A stretch of DNA of 64,000 nt from Eledone cirrhosa. Its lineage: Eukaryota. The notes beneath the pieces were generated by a model that was not told the DNA's origin, searched no databases, and worked only from the letters and a program-made list of their open reading frames with translations. The stretch covers positions 17,422,001 through 17,486,000 of the forward strand of contig OZ024759.1 of the NCBI GenBank assembly GCA_964016885.1. The letters run 5' to 3'. Positions within the stretch are counted from its first letter, which is position 1. Each line of letters starts with the position of its first letter. This document shows positions 1 through 12,970 of this stretch, piece after piece. Both the position numbers and the translations under genes were made by a program.

Positions 1-439
1 AATGCTTACATTAGTTTTGAAAGCAGTGAGTTTGGTGAAGGACTGTGTTGGCTTAGTGGTTTGGGTATAATTATCAAAATTGTAATGTTGTTAGTTCAAT
101 TCCATGACTGGGTGCTGTGTTGTGTCCTTGAGCAAGACACTATATTCAGTCTACTCAGCTGGAAAAAAATTAGTTGAGATGCACTGGTGCCTAGCTTTGC
201 TTTTCCTTTTCTTGCAAACGACATTGCAAACATGCATTGGTAACAGCTAGTCTTCAAAGGGTCATCCTTGACCTAAACTGGGACTTGCTGAATTTTACTG
301 TGAATTGCGTGAGGGGTGCACTTGTCTGTTGAATGCTCAGCCACTTGCATTTTAATTTAATGAGTTAGCTATGTCATTGCTAGAAAAAATGGAACACTTA
401 TCAATGAAGCCAATGCAGGTTCATTTACCTTCACTATAT

Positions 440-892
440 TCTGGTCATCTGGTTCTTCTAGCATCACAGCAATGGAACAATATGCTTTTCTTTCTTGCTC
501 TGTCTCTAGTAAAGGTTGGTGCCTGAAAACAGTTTGTGCCTCACCTGGTGGATCTCCAGATATTCTTTGGCCTACCCTTTGGTTTTTTCCCACCAGCTGG
601 TAACCAGAATGCTGCAATTCTTGCTGGCATATTGTCCCCCATTCGTAGGACATTCCCTGCCAGCTGAATTCTTCTACTCTTGATGATAAGGCTCAGGAAT
701 GTGTCATTGGCTCTTCGAATCACATCTTTGTTTGTGATCTTGTCTTGCCATCTAATGCTCAGGATCTTTCAGAGGCATCTTTGTCGGAAAATATCAAGCT
801 GTTTTTCAGTTCTGGTGGTACTTTCCCATGTGTCAGCACCACAGGTTGCTGTTGAAACAACAGATAACCAGAATAATCTCACTGCACTCAGC
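440..892 (-). mobile_element. RTE-clade LINE 3' fragment (RT C-terminal region), decayed
   Basis: Minus translation includes CGADTW..., ILSIRWQDKITNKDVIRRA, RRIQLAGNVLRM...GKKPKGRPKNIW, with stops. Confidence 0.8.
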
Positions 893-959
893 TAAATTCT
901 AAGGTTTAACCATTTTGATACCAACCTATCTGAACTGGTCAAGTCTTCTCATGACTCCA

Positions 960-1628
960 AATTTAGGCACAAGTCCAGCAAATTTGGGTGAAGGGCAAAG
1001 CTGACTAAATCAACACCAATACTTGACTGGTACTTTTATTCACATCAGCAGGATAAAAGCCAAAGTTGAACTTTGCAGGATTTGAGCTAAAAGAACGTGT
1101 AATTTTAAAGAGATCAAATTCAAACTTTCCTAGATAATTTTCAGTAAAAGTCTTTTGTTAAGATATGTTCTTAACTCCTGACTAATAATCGTTTCTACTT
1201 TTGGCACAAGGCCAGCAATTTAAAGGGAAGGAGAACGTTGATTAAATCGACACCAGTGCATTACTGGTACTTTATGTATCAACACCAGTGCATTACTGGT
1301 ACTTTATTTTCTAAACCCCATAAGGATAACAGGCAAAGCTAATCTCAGCAAGATTTGAACTCAGAATGTAATAGTCTGTAATACTACTGATACTGCCAAT
1401 TCACCACTCTTTTAATAGTTTCTGATTTAGACACAAGGCCAACAATTTTAGGGAGGGGAAAGTCGATTAAATCGACCCCAGTACATTACTGGTACCTTGT
1501 TATTGACCCCTGCAAGGATGAAAAGCAAAGCTAACCTCAGTGAGATTTGAATTCAGAATGTAATGGAGTGTAACTATATGCTACAAAGCATGTCTGGCGC
1601 TCTACCAATTCTGTCAGTCTACTGCCGT
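960..1628 (-). mobile_element. Three older family A SINE copies in tandem
   Basis: Repeated GGCACAAGGCCAGCAATT...CTGGTACTTTAT...GGATGAAAGGCAAAG...GATTTGAACTCAG. Confidence 0.75.
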
Positions 1629-2079
1629 ACACTATTTTAATAATGAAAAGGTCAATTATCTTACTAGAATTTTCCTAATTTTTAGTTACTTTCTAAATTC
1701 ATTGTAACAGATTGTTAGTTTATTTCATTAGAAATATAGAAAGGAAAGTCAGGAAAAAGTAGTGCGTATTACACTCAAATACGTATGGCCTGTGTGTGTA
1801 GGTATGTGTGTGTATTTGTGTGTGCATGCATGTGTCTCTTTGTGTGTGTGTTTGCGTTTATATATGGGTGTGCATGTAGTTTGTGTGTGTGTGTGTATGT
1901 GGTGTATGTGTCTGATGCTATTTCCAAGAAGCCAAGCAGTTTTCTATGTTACTTTGTGAAGACTTAAATTTAAATATTAGCCATAAATTCTGTGATTTCC
2001 CCATTCACTTATGCACCACTCCTCTATCTCACCACTACCACCTCAACACCACACTACACTTCTCTGTCCACACACATCT

Positions 2080-3455
2080 TTAACTCTTAACAGCCTGTAA
2101 TAATTTAGCAGAAAATGTCTAAAATGGGTTTGTAAATTCAAATGGGTTTATAGTATCTTTATTAGTGAACAGATAATTGTGAAAATTTGTAGCATTAAAC
2201 TAAAATCTTTAATATCCAGTACAGTCATGTCAATTATGCTAATAATTGTTTCTAATTTTGGCACAAGGCCACCAATTATCTCAGTGCATTACTGGTACTT
2301 TATTTTATCAACCCTGTAAGGATGAAAGGGAAAGTTAACCTCGGCAGGATTTGAACTCAGACCGTAAAGGACCATATCTCTATGCTGCAAAGCATGGCGT
2401 CCAACCCTCTACTGATACTATATTATTAGTGGATTGGCAGTATCGGTAGAGGGTTGGACGCCATGCTTTGATGCATAGAGTTACGGCCCTTAGCATTCTG
2501 AGTTCAAATCCCGCCGAGGTTAACTTTGCCTTTCATCCTTACGGGGTCGATAAAATAAAGTACCAGTAATGTACTGGATAATTGCTGGCCTTGCGCCAAA
2601 AGTAGAAACAATTATTATGCTAATTGGCTACTAATATCCCATGATGATTTAGCAGAAAATATCTTAAAACTAGTAGACTAAAATCTTTAATATTTAATGC
2701 GATGTATTCAATTATACTGAAAATGCTACAAATGCTGCATATTTGATAATTTAACAGAAAATATCTAAAAATGTGTTAGTCAATTTAAATGTTTTCAGTA
2801 TCTCTATTAGTGGGCAGATTGGTGTGAAAATGTGCAGTATTAAAGTAAAGACTTTGATTTTTAAAGTGATGCAGTCATAGTGCTTTTCAGTAATCTCTTG
2901 CTAATGTGGTTTAAAATTTACATTACTCTATATATATACTATTTTATTTTTGTGGTAAAGGCTATATCTCACATAATATCGAATCTATGAGATTTTGATA
3001 TTATTTATTTTGAGAGCCAAACCTTAACAACAGTATGAGTGGCCAGTTACTGCCGATTTGAAAAGAAAGAGGCAAGAGAATTCTGGCCAGATATGGCCAG
3101 CTTAACCCTTTAGTATTTAAACTGGCCATATCCAGCCAGCAGTCTGTCATGTTTTTCTGTTCAAACCAGCAGTAAATAATATCTGAAACTCATAGATTCG
3201 ATATTATGTGATATAATTATGTGAGGTAAAGCCTTTATATAATAGTAAATATAGAGTAATGTAAATGCTAAAGGGGTAAATGTTTACAGTATCTCTATTA
3301 GTGAGTAAATGTTTACAGTATCTCTGTTGTGAAAGTTTGCAGTATTAGAGTAAAGACTTTGATTTTTAATATATTGCAGTCATAGTGCTGATCTGTAGTT
3401 TTCAGTAATGACTTGCTAATGTGGTTTAAATGCAGTACAGGGCGTTAAGAGTTAA
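2080..3455. mobile_element. Second TTAA-flanked TIR element hosting nested SINEs and MITEs (about 2915-3100 minus, 3102-3279 plus)
   Basis: Left end TTAACTCTTAACAGCCTGTA, right end TACAGGGCGTTAAGAGTTAA; internal repeats of AGTATCTCTATTAGTG...GCAGTATTA. Confidence 0.65.
2243..2617. mobile_element. Head-to-head inverted pair of family A SINEs
   Basis: Minus copy about 2243-2420, plus copy about 2428-2617 (GGATTGGCAGTATCGGTAGAGGG...GAGTTCAAATCCCGCCGAGG...GCCTTTCATCCTTACGGGGTCGATAAAATAAAGTACCAG). Confidence 0.9.
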
Positions 3456-3749
3456 CTCTAGTTAGATTTTTCACTTTTTACTTCATTTTTTTTTTTACTG
3501 AACTAATTCCTTTGAAACTTTGGCACCAACGATCTCACTGTCTTCCTGTAATTGGCATCTTTTCTGAAATAATTGCATGAAGTTAAAGTAAACTCTTGTA
3601 TGGTGTTTGAAGAAATTTCAACACTACTGCCTGATTCTTGCAACTAATTTTGATTAAAGGGTATATGCATGTGTGCGTGCAATTGTGTGTGTGTGTTTTC
3701 AAGTGAGATTTCTCTTTTTTTTTTTTTTTGCATTTTTCTATCTATTGTT

Positions 3750-4208
3750 GTCTCTCACTCTCTTTCTCACCCTCTCACCCTCTCACTCTCACCCTCTCAC
3801 TCTCACCCTCTCACTCTCACCCTCTCACCCTCTCACTCTCTCCCCCTCTCACCCTCTCTCTCACCCTCTCTCTCTCTCACTCTCACCCTCTCTCACCGTC
3901 TCTCTCACTCTCACCCTCTCTCACTGTCTCTCTCTCACTCACTCTCCTCTCTCACTCTCTCCTCTCTGTCTCTCCTCTCTCTCTCCACCTCTCTCATCTT
4001 ACCCTCTACATATATTGTGTGTGTGTGTGTGTGTATATATATATGTGTGTGTGTGTGTGTGTATATATGTGTGTGTGTATATATCTTTTTCTCTGTTCTC
4101 TCCATCTGTGATTCAAATTTTAATGTATTTTATTTTTCTTATATGACTTTTATGACTTTTGATTTTGTAGAATATATAATAATGGTAATAACCTTTACTT
4201 ATACATAC

Positions 4209-4244
<36 letters not shown>

Positions 4245-4563
4245 ATATATGTATGTGTGTGTGTATGTATGTGTGTGTATATATATATATGTATGTGTGT
4301 GTATATATGTGTGTGTGTATATATGTGTGTGTGTATATATATATGTCTATATATGTATGTGTGTGTGTATATGTGTGTATATATGTGTGTATATATGTGT
4401 GTGTATATGTGTATGTGTATATATATGTGTGTATATGTGTATGTGTGTATATGTGTATATATATATGTGTGTATATATATATATGTGTGTGTATATATAT
4501 GTGCATGCATACATGTGTGTGTGTATATACATGTGTGTGTGTGTATATACATGTGTGTGTATG

Positions 4564-4611
<48 letters not shown>

Positions 4612-5332
4612 TGTGTGTGTGTATATATTATATCTGTATATGTGTGTGTATATTATATATGTGCATATATATATGTGTGTGTGCATGTGTGTATATATAT
4701 TATATATGTGTATATGTGTGTGTGTATATATACTAAATTATGGATATGATCGTCATTTGTGAATAGATAATACTGCTGTCAGTATCTCTTGAGAGAGAGA
4801 GAGAGAGATTAAGGAAAAGAGATGTAACAAAATTTGTGTATTTAGATCTTGAACATATCATCACCATCATCATCACCGCCATCATCATCACCACCATCAT
4901 CGTCATCAAGACCACTGACACCATTATCATCATCACCATCACCATCACCATCATCATCACCATCATCATCACCATCATCATCACCATCATCACCATCATC
5001 ACCATCGTCGTCACCACCATCATCATCACCACCATCACCACCATCACCACCATCAAGACCACTGACACCATTATCATCACCATCATCATCACCATCATCA
5101 CCATCATCATCACCATCACCATCATCACCATCATCACCATCACCATCATCGTCACCACCATCATCATCACCACCATCACCACCATCACCACCATCATTGT
5201 CATCAAGACCACTGTCACCATTATCATCATTACCATCACCATCATCACCATCATCATCATCACCATCACCACCATCACCATCACCATCATCACCATCACC
5301 ATCATCATCATCACCATCATCACCTTCACCAT
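3750..5332. repeat. (CT)n-like, (TA/TG)n and (CAT/CAC)n simple repeats
   Basis: Read directly. Confidence 0.95.
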
Positions 5333-5351
5333 CTACCGATACTGCCAAAAT

Positions 5352-5880
5352 AATGGTTTCTTATATAGGCACAAGGCCAGCAATTTTGGGGGAAGTGAAA
5401 GCCAATTAAATCGACCCCAATGCATTACTGGTACTTTATTTTATCAACCCCGTAAGGATGAAAGGCAAAGTTAACCCTGGCGAGATTTGAACTCAGACCG
5501 CAAAGGGCCGTAACTCTATGCTGCAAAGCATGGTGTCCGACCCTCTACCGATATTGCCAATAATAATAATGGTATTTAATTTAGACACAAGCCTACAATA
5601 TTGTGGGAAGGGAAATTCAATTAGATCGACCCGAGTGTGTTACTGGTACTTTATTTTATCTACCTCCGTAAGCGGAATTTGAACTAATAATAACATAATT
5701 GTTTCCACTTTTGGCACAAGGCCAGCAATTACCCCAGTGCATTACTGGTGCTTTATTTATTCAACCCCGAAAGGATGAAAGGCAAAGTTAACCTCGGCGG
5801 GATTTACTCGGAACATAAAGGGCCATAACTCTATGCTGCAAAGCATGTCGTTCGACCCTCTACCGATACTGCCAATAATA
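5352..5880 (-). mobile_element. Cluster of family A SINEs
   Basis: Copies at about 5352-5560, 5575-5686 (partial) and 5697-5876. Confidence 0.85.
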
Positions 5881-6232
5881 ATAGAAGCATGTAATAATGT
5901 AATAATGATAATAAAGTTAGAAGCCTGTCTTTAAAATGTCTTTAAGAGACAAGTTATTAGTATTCCATTAAATTTGTTGATTAAAAAAATAAAAATAAAT
6001 TGAAAGAAAAACGATGTAAAAACCCCACAAATAATTAGCCATTAACGAGGAAGAGAGCAGGAAATGTTTATTTGTTTGAGTTTTATTAAAATGTATTAAA
6101 TTAAGCAATAATTGCGATGTGGAAACTAATTAAAAATATAACACTGCTTGCTATACACATATCCACATATGTATATATGTATAAATTCATGTGTGTGTGT
6201 ATCTATGTGTGTGTGTGATATTCATGTATGTA

Positions 6233-6268
<36 letters not shown>

Positions 6269-6284
6269 GAAATATATATAGAAT

Positions 6285-6577
6285 GAAGGCACATGGCTTA
6301 GTGGTTAGAGCATTGGCCTTGCAATCGAAAAGTTGTGAGTTCAATTCTCAGACCGGGTGATGTGTTGTTTCCTTGAGCAAGACACTTTATTTCACATTGC
6401 TCCAGTTTACTCAGCTGTAAAAATGAGATGATAGGGACTGGGATGAGGTTGGTATTAGGAAGGGCATCCAGCTGTAGAAATCAAGCCAGAATCAATTCTC
6501 GTCCCACCCTTGCAAGCAGGGAAAAAGGGGACGTAAAATAATGATGATGATGATGATGATGATGGTGATGGTGATGG

Positions 6578-6611
<34 letters not shown>
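6285..6611 (+). mobile_element. tRNA-derived SINE family B (internally deleted copy) with (TGA)n tail
   Basis: Head TGGCTTAGTGGTTAGAG (A box) and GAGTTCAATTCTC (B box); body TCCTTGAGCAAGACACTTTATTTCAC; tail AGGAAGGGCATCCAGCTGTAGAAA...GGACGTAAAAT. Confidence 0.9.
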
Positions 6612-6612
<1 letters not shown>

Positions 6613-6619
6613 GTGTGTA

Positions 6620-6896
6620 TCATCATCATCATCATCTTCGTTTAACGTCCATTTTCCACGCTAGCATGGGTTAGACGGGAGTTGTCCCAGTTGAGGCAAG
6701 GCTGGTCGGGTGACCGTGTCTCGCTCATATAGGACTATCTGCCAGGTTTTCTATGGCTGGATGCCCTTCCTAACACCAACCACATTTACAGTGTGGAACT
6801 GGGAACTTTTTACTGTGTTACTTACACGGCCACATTACAGCGTGGACTTTGTGTGTTTTTTTTTTTGTCGTGACACCTACACGATCTCGATCTCAT
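6620..6896 (-). mobile_element. Headless SINE-like element; near-identical inverted copy at about 35906-36180
   Basis: Both start at TGAGATCGAGATCGTGTAGGTGTCACGAC and end in GTTAAA(C/T)GA-(TGA)n. Confidence 0.8.
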
Positions 6897-7359
6897 TTTC
6901 TTGTGCTGTTGGTGGGAGTGGGAGGTAGGGGTAGTGGATTGGGGTGTATGTATATATATATAATAATACAAGGACAATTTGTTAAGTCTTCATTACTGTT
7001 TCAAAGTTGCCTGGTTTAGATAAATGTGTCTCTTTCCTGTGTCATCTCCCTTTTTGAGAAAGAATTTGCGCTAGACGTCTGTTGCAGAAGAGGACCCTGG
7101 GTGAGGACGTTGAGAGTATGATAGAGAAAGTGAATTGAGGTGAATTCTTTCTTTCTCTCTTTCACTTTATTTCTTCCTCTCTCTCTTTCTTCCTCTCTCT
7201 CTCTCTCTCTCTCTCTCCATCTTGATTGGTGACATGCGTCACCAATCTGTATCGATCTGGCCTGACTCCGGAATCAAAAGCTCGTCGGACCTCTGTTGTT
7301 GTAATGACAGAATCATGTTACACTCCCTGTATATATATATATATATATATATAGATGAG

Positions 7360-7406
7360 ATTCTACAGGACTAGAACTGTTTCATTCTTTAGGAATCATC
7401 AGGAAT
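7360..7406 (-). ncRNA. Type I hammerhead ribozyme motif
   Basis: Minus strand reads ATTC-CTGATGA-TTCCTAAAGAAT-GAAA-CAG-TTCTAGTC-CTG-TA-GAAT: complete core, stem I ATTC/GAAT, stem III ACAG/CTGT, GUA cleavage triplet. Stem II is weak. Confidence 0.7.
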
Positions 7407-7472
7407 ATACTCTGCTATGTATTGAGTACCTTACTTACTGTGGTTACCTCCGATTCAACCCGGAATAACGTA

Positions 7473-7520
<48 letters not shown>

Positions 7521-7523
<3 letters not shown>

Positions 7524-7851
7524 TCATTTTACATCCGCTTTCCCTTCTTGCAAGGGTGGGATGGGAACTGATTCTGGCTTGATTTCTACAGCTGGATGCC
7601 CTTCCTAACACCAACCTCATTTACAGTGAGTGCTGGGTGCTTCTTTGCTGTGGCGCCTACACGACCACTTTGCAGTGGAATGATAGGGAGGGACCCCAGT
7701 CCCTATCATCTCATTTCTACAGCTGAGTAAACTGGAGCAATGTGAAATAAAGTGTCTTGCTCAAGGAAACAACACATCACCCGGTCTGAGAATTGAACTC
7801 GCAACCTTTCGATTGCAATGCCAATGCTCTAACCACTAAGCCATGTGCCTC
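7521..7851 (-). mobile_element. SINE family B, full length
   Basis: Reverse complement of 9656-9995; flanked by (TA)n. Confidence 0.9.
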
Positions 7852-7871
7852 TATATAAATATATATAGATA

Positions 7872-8308
7872 TTGCTGTAGTGGAGTCTGTGCTGCTGTAC
7901 GGGTCTGAGACTTGGACACTGACCAAGAAACTCACTCAGATGGTGGATGGGTGCTTCATGAGAATGCTGAGGATGGCTCTGAACATTAATCAGTATACAC
8001 TGAGGAAGAAAAACTTAGAGCTGTATGGGAGCCTCCCAAAAGTCAGCCCAAAAGTGACACAGAGGAGACTGAGGTTAGCTGGACATGCTCACCGACATCC
8101 AGAGTTGACATTGCACTCAGTGCTCCTGTGGGAGCTCCTACATGGACACACTGGAAGAGGAAGACCAAGGTTAACGTATGATGATGTCCTAAGGACAGAC
8201 ACTGGTCTGTTGGAGACGCAGGAGACGGCAGCGATAATGAGGAACAGAGACCGCTGGAGAGAACTCGTCCATGGATCTCGGTAATTTTACCCGCCCTAGA
8301 AAAAAAAA

Positions 8309-8310
<2 letters not shown>
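7872..8310 (+). mobile_element. RTE-clade LINE 3' fragment
   Basis: ORF 7880-8284: VESVLLYGSETWTLTK...RRLRLAGHAHRH...GRGRPRLTY...RDRWRELV, then an A-rich tail. Confidence 0.9.
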
Positions 8311-8342
<32 letters not shown>

Positions 8343-8534
8343 AGGTTTGTTGGTTCACCACTGGATAGAATTGGTCATTCCATATGGTTAATCTCGATGT
8401 AATATTATGGAGAGTACTCAACGTAATGCAGCTCACTCGTCTTCGTTTGAGTAGTTGGTGGTGCGAGTACGGAGTTAATTATTATAATAAAATAACAGGA
8501 GGCTGGACTGGTGTAAATCCTTGAAAGGTTTATT

Positions 8535-8592
8535 ATACTATGATCATTTCAATGACCGGGTTCCGTATGAATCCGGTGATATCATCAGGTAT
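8535..8592 (-). ncRNA. Minimal type I hammerhead ribozyme motif (left arm of palindrome)
   Basis: Minus strand ATAC-CTGATGA-TATCACCGGATTCATACGGAACCCGGTCATT-GAAA-TGATCA-TA-GTAT: stem I ATAC/GTAT, long stem II, self-complementary stem/loop III ATGATCAT. Confidence 0.75.
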
Positions 8593-8681
8593 TCGAAATA
8601 TAACAAAGGAATATAACAGATAAAATCCATGATTTTTGGCCCCACGGATTTTATCGGTTATATTCCTTTGTTATATTTTGA

Positions 8682-8739
8682 ATACCTGATGATATCACCG
8701 GATTCATACGGAACCCGGTCATTGAAATGTTCATAGTAT
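8682..8739 (+). ncRNA. Minimal type I hammerhead ribozyme motif (right arm of palindrome)
   Basis: Inverted copy of 8535-8592. Loop III is TGTTCA, so its palindromic symmetry is broken by one substitution. Confidence 0.65.
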
Positions 8740-9240
8740 AATAAACCTTTCAAGGATTTACACCAGTCCAGCCTCCTGTTATTTTATTATAATTATATAT
8801 ATACTTTTCGTTGCATTACCATCTTTGATTGTTTACTGTCTCGCTCGTTCCCCTTATTTACATGTCCCAACGACTTTCTTTAGCCGTTGTTCGCACCAAC
8901 CGGAGGTATATGGTCTTTAAAGCGATGAAATACCAATGAAGGTTGGAAGATCACTGATGAAGGACTAAATTTATTCATATATATATATATTGGAAAATGT
9001 GTGAGATCCTTAGTACAGTTAGGTATATTTGTAAAAAAAGGAAAAGAATGACTTCACTTGTAGTTCTAAACAATTTGATTTAATTTTATAATATTATGAG
9101 TTGGTAGATCTAGCAAGTTCTTTGTCAACTTTGGTGAGAAGACTTTTAAAGATTCCTGGTTCACTCTCCTGGAGAACTTTCTCGCATTCGTCGGTGGCGA
9201 TTGTCAAACTGAGATCAGTATAGATATATATATCTATATA

Positions 9241-9428
9241 GGGCGGTGGATTGGCAGTATCGGTAGAGGGTCGGACGCCATGCTTTCAAGCATAGTTACG
9301 TCCCTTTACGATCTGAGTTCAAATCCCGCCGAGGTTGACTTTGCCTTTCATCCTTACGGGGGTCGATAAAATAAAGTACCAGTAATGTACTGGGTAATTG
9401 CTGGCCTTGTGCCTAAAGTAGAAACAAG
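9241..9428 (+). mobile_element. Family A SINE, full length (about 190 bp, tRNA-like head, MetaSINE-like central domain)
   Basis: GGGCGGTGGATTGGCAGTATCGG (A box), GAGTTCAAATCC (B box), GCCTTTCATCCTTACGGGGGTCGATAAAATAAAGTACC. The Meta-domain assignment is from memory of that consensus. Confidence 0.9.
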
Positions 9429-9448
9429 TATAGATATATATATACTGA

Positions 9449-9485
<37 letters not shown>

Positions 9486-9655
9486 GATCGATCGACTTTC
9501 GTCAACTTGGACCGAGGAAACAATGTTTCCATTTGTCTTTCCAATTGCTAATACTATCTATCGGTCGCAACTCCAGGTAGAAGGAGCAACGTGAAATAAA
9601 GTGTCTTGCTCAAGAACATAACGCATCGCCCAGTCCAGGAATCGAACTCACAATA

Positions 9656-9995
9656 GGAGGCACATGGCTTAGTGGTTAGAGCATTGGCCTTGCAATCGAA
9701 AAGTTGTGAGTTCAATTCTCAGACCGGGTGATGTGTTGTTTCCTTGAGCAAGACACTTTATTTCACATTGCTCCAGTTTACTCAGCTGTAGAAATGAGAT
9801 GATAGGGACTGGGGTCCCTATCATTCCACTGCAAAGTGGCCGTGGAGGTGCCATGGCAAAAAAGCACCCAGCACTCACTGTAAATGAGGTTGGTGTTAGG
9901 AAGGGCATCCAGCTGTAGAAATCAAGCCAGAATCAGTTCCCATCCCACCCTTGCAAGCAGGGAAAAGTGGACGTAAAATGAAATGAAATGATGAA
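9656..9995 (+). mobile_element. SINE family B, full length, inserted into an older minus-strand SINE (about 9500-10030)
   Basis: A/B boxes, body and tail as above. The host SINE resumes after it (GATTGTGAATCCAATTCTCTAACCACTCAGCCACATGCCTTC) and has a homologue at 58060-58266. Confidence 0.9.
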
Positions 9996-10098
9996 TGAAA
10001 CCCCAAGATTGTGAATCCAATTCTCTAACCACTCAGCCACATGCCTTCATATATATAAACCTTTGTCTGCTTCTCTGTTTTGTTCCTGTATAAATTTG

Positions 10099-10136
<38 letters not shown>

Positions 10137-12970
10137 TTGTATATGTATGTATGGTTATATATATATGTGTTTGTATATGTATGTATGGTTATATATATAT
10201 GTGTGTGTATATGTATGTATGGTTATATATATATGTGTGTGTTTGTAAATATGGTTATATATATGTGTGTGTGTGTGTTTGTATATGTATGTATGGTTAT
10301 GTATATATGTATGTATGGTTATGTATGTATATGTGTATATATATATATGTATGGTTATGTATGTATATGTGTATATATATATGTATGTGTATATATGTAT
10401 GTGTATATATATATGTATGTGTATATATATATGTATGTGTATATATATATGTGTATATATATATGTATGTGCATATATATATAATATATATTTATATATG
10501 TGTGTATGTCCGTATATATATATATATATAACCATCACTCTACATATTCATCCTCATCATGTTTCATTCCTATGTAGCTATTCTCACATATCACTACACC
10601 AACACCCACTAAAATCGTGACAACACCCGTGACATAACCCGACCTTGCCCTGGTTTCTGTTTACGTCAGACTGCTTCCCATTTCATTCATTACCGTCATA
10701 TGCCACCATTCTGCCGATTTCATCATACACCATGACAACATATTCCTCGTTATTCAACACTCCTCAGAATATTCAGGGCTCTACATTTGAAGCAATTATT
10801 TGAAGCAATTATTTGCATTCTGTCTGTCTATCCCTCCCTCTCGCTCTCTATCTCCTCCTCTCTATCTCCTCCTCCCCTCTCTCTCTCTCCTCCTCTCTCT
10901 CTGTCTATTTCTTCCTCTCTCTCTCTGCTTCTCTGTCTCTCTCTGTCTCTCTCTCTGTGTCTCTTTCTGTTTCTATCTCTTCCTCTCTCTCTACCTCACT
11001 CTCTATCTCTCTCTGTTTGTCTCTCTCTCTCTCTCTCTGTCTCTGTTTGTCTTTCTCTTTCTCTCTCTCTCTCTGTCTCTGTTTCTCTCTCTCTTTCTCT
11101 ATTTCTTTCTGTCTATCTCTATTTGTCCGTCTCTGTCTGTCTCTCCATCTCTCTCCATCTGATTGTCTCTGCCTATCTGTCTCTCTCTTACTATCTATTT
11201 TTGTCTCTCTCTCTCTCTTTGCCTGTCTCTCTGTGTATGTAATCTTTAAAACACTGATGAGTACAAGCTAGTTTGTTCAAACACTACATGTTGTTCAAAC
11301 ACTACATGTTGTTCAAACACTACATGTTGTTCAAACACTACATGCTGTTCATAAAATATACAGTTTACTTTTTAAAAATGTATATTCACATCTAGTTTCT
11401 TTAAATTGAAGCATGTATTCTGCTTTTCCTCACAATCTTAATAAACTTCACCAGATCCAATTTGATTTCACCCCCTAACTTTGAAAAAGGATCGCCCCGT
11501 TGGCAATTGCGTTAATAGAAATACAATTTACTGAATCTGTTTTTATTTGGTCGTGCTTGAAATTCAAATTTTATAAATGAGGCTCCATTTTTTTTTTTAT
11601 CTTCTATTGTCATTTTTGAAAACCAATTTCTCCAAGAAGTGACATAATATGCAGGAAATATTAAAATTTGTACTTTTTTTGTTATCTATATTATATTTCT
11701 ACTTCAATCTTCTCAAGAAAAATTTAACAGAAACTAGAACCTCTCCTCTAAAAAAATGAATAAAACAGTTTTAGAAAAAAGGAAAACCAACATCAACAAC
11801 ACAAATAAAAACTGGCATAAATATGTAGGAAATGTCACAGAAACCTTTCTTCTTTAATACAGTTTAAAAACCATTACATAATATTTTCTTTTGAAACTTT
11901 CATCTTCTGAAAAGAATTTCTACAAGAATTGTGGCATGGACATAAATGAAAATCAATGAAACTTCTTTTTTAAAACTGTTTGAAAACTTCAATCACTTAA
12001 CTTTTTCTTTGATGCCTATATTTATTTCGCAATTTACTCCAAGAATACCAGCATGAATATGTCTGTGAAAATTACTGAAACTATTCTTCTCTAATGTTGT
12101 TTGAAATGTTTCATAATTTTATTTTATTTTATTTTATTTTATTTTACTAAAATTTATTTCATTTTATTAAATTTAATTTTATATTAAATTTTAAAAATTA
12201 TTTTTATTGAGTTTTTTGAATTTTATGAAAGTCTTGGAATTGAAATATATTTGTTTATTTATCTGTACCATTTCTTTCTTTACTTCTTTTTTGCATTTCA
12301 AATATATATCTTTGAGAAAATGAGAGCTCAGTGTGTGTGTATGTATGTGTGTATATATATATGTGGATGCATATATATATGTATATGTATATACCTATGT
12401 AATCTTTATCATTATTTAATGTCCATTTTCAATGCTTTCATGGGTTAATATTAAAACAAGTTAGGTCAGATGACCACATTTTGCTCATATGCATCTGTAT
12501 TTTGATTTGGTTTCTACAGCTGGATGCCTTTTCTAACACCAACCATATTACAATGTGGGCTTGATGCTTTGTATTGTGGCATCAAAATGACCATGTATCA
12601 TCAGCATCATCATCACCATTTAATGTTCATTTTTTTTCCACGCTATCATTGGTTAAACGTGTTGTCCCATTGTGAGACAAGCCAGGTCAGATGGCTGTGT
12701 CTTGCTTATACTGAACTGATTTTGGGTTGGTTGCTATGGCAGGATGCCCTCCCTAATGCCAACCACATTTTCAACGTGTACTGGGTGTTTTTTTGTTGAG
12801 ACACTTACATGACCACTTTACAGTGTGTACTTGGTGCTTTTTGTCAATGACACCTACACGGCCACTTTACATATGTATATATGTATGTAAAAAGCAAACA
12901 GAAATAACAAAGCAAACACAGAATCATGAAGAAATATATTAGTTTGATGCTTGAAATAATATGAAAAGAG

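Larger units (their letters stand above)
8481..8793. repeat. Near-perfect 313-bp fold-back palindrome
   Basis: Arms of about 150 bp (8481-8631, 8643-8793) are reverse complements with only a few mismatches; loop about 11 nt. Confidence 0.95.

Noticed and set aside
4733-5474. Asp/Gly- and Ser/Pro-rich ORFs
   Set aside because: (CAT/CAC)n simple repeat.
9656-9730. tRNA gene
   Set aside because: tRNA-like head of a multi-copy SINE; no complete cloverleaf and continues into SINE body.
11250-11350. CTGATGA + hairpin + AAAC followed by four 18-bp repeats
   Set aside because: G12 missing and no stem I or III closure; treated as a short tandem repeat.
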